A stretch of DNA of 64,000 nucleotides from assembly GCA_050951805.1 (NCBI GenBank), contig JBMNJT010000004.1, positions 141,096 through 205,095 of the forward strand, given 5' to 3'. Numbering within the stretch: position 1 is the stretch's first letter; each line of letters begins with the position of its first letter. This DNA comes from Bacillota bacterium (GTDB lineage: Bacteria; Bacillota; DTU025). Under the pieces are notes generated by a model, which saw only the letters and a list, made by a program, of their open reading frames with translations, searched no databases and was not told the origin of the DNA. Below, piece by piece: positions 60,751-64,000 of this stretch. Position numbers and translations under genes: made by a program.

Positions 60751-62573
60751 CTCGAGTTTGACAGTGTTTCAACGCTTGGAAACGGGAAGCTTGGCTAGAA
60801 GAGGTACGGCCCCCGAAATTCGCTGATAACCGTGTACCAGTAAACGTGGGGCTCGTTTGGCTATGTCCCTTGTGTAATGGCTCGTATTGGTGCGCAATGT
60901 AGATGTGCCATTGTGGAGTGACTGCGGTGTTTGCTCGAACCAAGACTGTCAAAGGCGGCGGCAGAGAACACCAGCAGTATCAGTTGGTCAAGGGCAGGTG
61001 CAAAGACGGCCGTATAAGGCAGAAGATGCTGATGACCCTTGGTTGCGTAGACGCCTTGGACTGTTCAAGAGTCGATGGGATAGTCTCTGCCCTTGAAGGC
61101 TACACCTGCAAAGTCGACGTGCTCTTTTCCATGGATGACTGCCACTATGTTTGGCCCAAGGGAATACGGCAGCGTGTATGCTATGGAGAAACTCTGGCGT
61201 GAGCTAGGGATGGACCGTATCTTCTCTAAGCTTTTTTATGGTTGGCAGTTCGAGTTTGATGTGCATGCTTCGATCCAAGGCATGCACATCAATCGGGCAG
61301 TCGATGCGAGGAAAGATGTTTACTATCCCCATAGAGAGGAGCGTGAGCTGCATCATCTGTACAGCGCTCTTGACTTCTTGATCTTCTCACAAGGATGCGA
61401 TTGAGGATTATACTTTCTGTAACCTCACGGACATCTTTTGGATGGATGTCAGCGTAGCGTTTTGTGACTGCAGACTTATTGATATGTACTGCGAGAACTC
61501 GAAGTTGGTCGAGCACTCCTGCAAGGGGCGAACGCAGTTTCTTGTGTCGCGGCGCTAAGCAGAGATGGATTGTCCATAGCACATGAGGTCCTCCCCGGCG
61601 GTAGGTCAGACATTAATACGGTGATTGGCACCATGGAGAAGTTCAAGGACCGATACTCCATTGGGCGCTGCATCTTCGTCGGCGATCCTGGAATGGTCAG
61701 CCAGGACAAGCCCAACCAGCTCAAAGCTCTTGGCTGTGACTACGTGGTGGGCGTAAGGATCAGTCAGTGAAAGGAAGTCAAGGAACACGTATTGACCACC
61801 CGTGGTCACTTCACTGAAGTGACAGAGAACCTCCACGTGAAGGATACACGGGTCAATGGGAAGCGGTGTCTGATCTGCTACAATCCAGGTCAAGCAAAGA
61901 AGGACAAGTTGACGAAGGAGTCTGTGGTTGAGGGGCTTGAGCAGGAGATAAAGGCCCTTAGCCCATCCAACAAGAAAGAGGCTGAGTTCTTGTTGGATGG
62001 GCTAAGGGCCGGTTTTTGAGAAGGCTCAAGGACGGAAGCCTTCGTATTAACAGAACCCAAGTGTGGGAAGACGAACAGTATGACGGCAAGTATGTGGTCC
62101 TGACCAGTGAGGAAGTGCTCCCCAAGGAAGAGGCCGCCTTGATCTACAGGCAGCCAAACTACGATTGAGCAGTCCTTCGGATCGCTGAAGAGCTTGCATG
62201 ATCTGGGGCCCGTGTTTCACTACAGAGATAATCGGATCAAGGCCCAGGTGTTTCTGTACATGCCGTCACACCTTTTGGAGCGGTTGATGGAGAAGAAGCT
62301 CCAGGCCTCAGGTCTGAACATGACTGCTCGACGCGCTTTGGAGACACTCGGCGAGATGAAGCTTACAAAGGTCAAGCTGAAGGGCAAGGAATACCTGATA
62401 CGAACCGGCGCGCCCCCTGAGATCACCGAGATCTTCGAAGTGCTGCACTACCAAATGCCACGAAGGATTCAACTGCTCCCTACAGGGTGACCCTTGCGCC
62501 AAAATTCTAGGCCCCTATGTACTGAATTACTGCTACAATAGAGTTTATTGGTATTCGAGGTGCCTAAGTCGAG
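60751..62573 (+). mobile_element. Decayed IS1634-family element
   Basis: Fragments FARTKTVK..YQLV..DGRIRQK..TLG, FVGDPGMVS, DGKYVVLTS and PVFHYRDNRIKAQVFL, with many stops and frameshifts. Weak IRs CTCGAGTTTGACA and TGCCTAAGTCGAG. Confidence 0.78.
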
Positions 62574-62623
62574 CAAGAGGGACTGGACAGAGACTCCAAT
62601 CGATGTCGTTCTCTGGACCTCAT

Positions 62624-62658
62624 CCCCTAGATAGAGGCTTCCGTCCTCTACCTAGGGG
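62624..62658. terminator. Hairpin downstream of the PfkB remnant
   Basis: CCCCTAGATAGAGG..CCTCTACCTAGGGG; no clear U-tract. Confidence 0.35.
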
Positions 62659-62689
62659 AAATCTGCCATATGGAGATACTTTCCCAACA

Positions 62690-63270
62690 TAGTCCCTTTC
62701 CTTTTGCCGGCAGCAGTGGCACCCTGTCGTCAAGAGAGGGGTTCCCTCAGGCGTATCTGCGCCTCTGTTATCCCATGCCCGCAGTGCTAGCATCGTTCCG
62801 CGGCGTCCACGGTTGCATCAACCAATCGCTGATAGATATGCCGGCAATTGCGTCGCCCGCTCCAAGGGTATCGACAACCTTTATTGGCCTGGAAGGTTGT
62901 CGCCATACTCGGTTCCCGTCATGGGCCAGCCTTCCTGCTGCGCCCAGGGTTACCACGACTATTCCAGGTCCCGAGTCAACTAGGATCTGGGCCATAGACT
63001 CTGCCTTTGACGCATCGTCCTCGCGAGTGATGCAGAGGTGATGTCTGCGTTCTTCAAGGTGCTGTCCAGGATTTCTCGGTCGTAGAGTGTGGAGTAGTCA
63101 AATGAGACTATGAGCCCCAGTCTCTTGAACTCTTGCACGTAATCGTGGGTATGGCCCAAATGCGTATTGTGTACCAGCTCGTGCTCGGAAATGATGGTCA
63201 ACGCGTCTTTGTCTAGCGTCAGATCTGATCCTACTCCAAGGTGTTCCTCAAGAAACACCTGGTCGTCCTC
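62690..63270 (-). pseudogene. PfkB-family sugar kinase remnant (fructoselysine kinase-like)
   Basis: Fragments IVSFDYS, VVVTLGAAG and VVDTLGAGDAIAG in different frames; N-terminus missing. Confidence 0.75.
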
Positions 63271-63399
63271 CCGCAATTGCAACGTATGTGACTGCCGTTT
63301 CACCATTTATCCGCCTTACCCTGGAGCTCACGTTCCGCATGTAGATGTTCCCATCTGCGCATTTGGGGACGGACTCGACGACCGTGTTAGCGAAGGGTC

Positions 63400-64000
63400 T
63401 GTGTAGATATCGGCCGCAAAGCCCGCGAGCCGAAGGAGTCGCGGTATGTCGAACCCATGCCTCGAATCCATCCAAACGCGGCTGTACGATCCTTTCGTGT
63501 TCTACGTGCGCTACTTGAACTGTGTCGAGCATGTCGAGGATCATCCGGGCCGTGGGTCTCATTGTGTTTCGCTTGCCAGGTATCATGATGGGCGTGCCCT
63601 CGGCTTCAAGGTTGTTGCGCACTCTCCTTTCCAGTAGAGTGGCTATGAACAAACGCCATCAGCAGGTACATACCCCAGCGCCTCTATGCGGCTTTGCTTC
63701 TTGAGGAAGACCTGTCCGAGCAGGTATGGGCTCTTGAGGAAGCTGAATCTCGCTTCTACCCTCGACTGCTGCTTGTACTCCCCCAGTATGTTGCTAGCCG
63801 GATACTTGTCTGCATCCATCAGGTTGGTTATCAGGGCGAAGCAACTCTCGCGTTCACGAGCCTGCTCTACCTGGCCTTGGTCTATCCCGTCTATTGTGAC
63901 CGATGCCCTGTACATTGCCGTCTCTGCGGGCGGTTGTTCATCTTTCCTGGGGCCTGCCTCGCCGCGCGCGTTTCTCTCTGATGGTCTCCTCGGTTACCTC
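63400..64000 (-). mobile_element. Second IS1634-family transposase remnant (C-terminal part), runs off the window
   Basis: FALITN..YKQQSRVEARFSFLKSP..VFLKKQSRIEAL and LLERRVR..RPTAR, frameshifted. Confidence 0.78.

Overview
Chromosomal window from a GC-rich, probably anaerobic Bacillota (Firmicutes) bacterium. It has a T-box and Gram-positive-type CpsB/CpsD/CpsC, yet also an outer-membrane-type OPX exporter, which suggests a diderm lineage (inference). Left to right: MarR-regulated heterodimeric ABC exporter; sugar O-acetyltransferase; orphan T7 gp6-like 5'-3' exonuclease; two tandem IS1202/ISNCY-type elements bracketed by three copies of a 16-bp target repeat; Met-specific T-box driving metF-metH plus the archaeal-type homocysteine genes (HcyBio/DUF39, NIL-ferredoxin, UPF0280); two unannotated 36-aa Cys/Trp-rich membrane peptides; a sigma28-like chemotaxis/c-di-GMP block (HD-GYP, two MCPs with near-identical cytoplasmic halves, two GGDEF/HD-GYP paralogues, one frameshifted); tRNA-Glu; CBS-pyrophosphatase; tRNA-Val. 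Next is a capsule/EPS locus with a 2275-aa exporter carrying 25 SLBB repeats, followed by an apparently swapped-in, more AT-rich cassette whose only GT4 glycosyltransferase is out of frame at a G10 tract. After a foreign-type pgi remnant comes a compact three-gene module (catalytically degenerate RuvC-fold protein, intact Hanks kinase, Zn-ribbon protein), the best candidate for an undescribed, possibly anti-phage, system. The window ends with an intact IS21 and decayed IS1634 and PfkB remnants. All family calls are by-eye motif recognition; no database searches were run.
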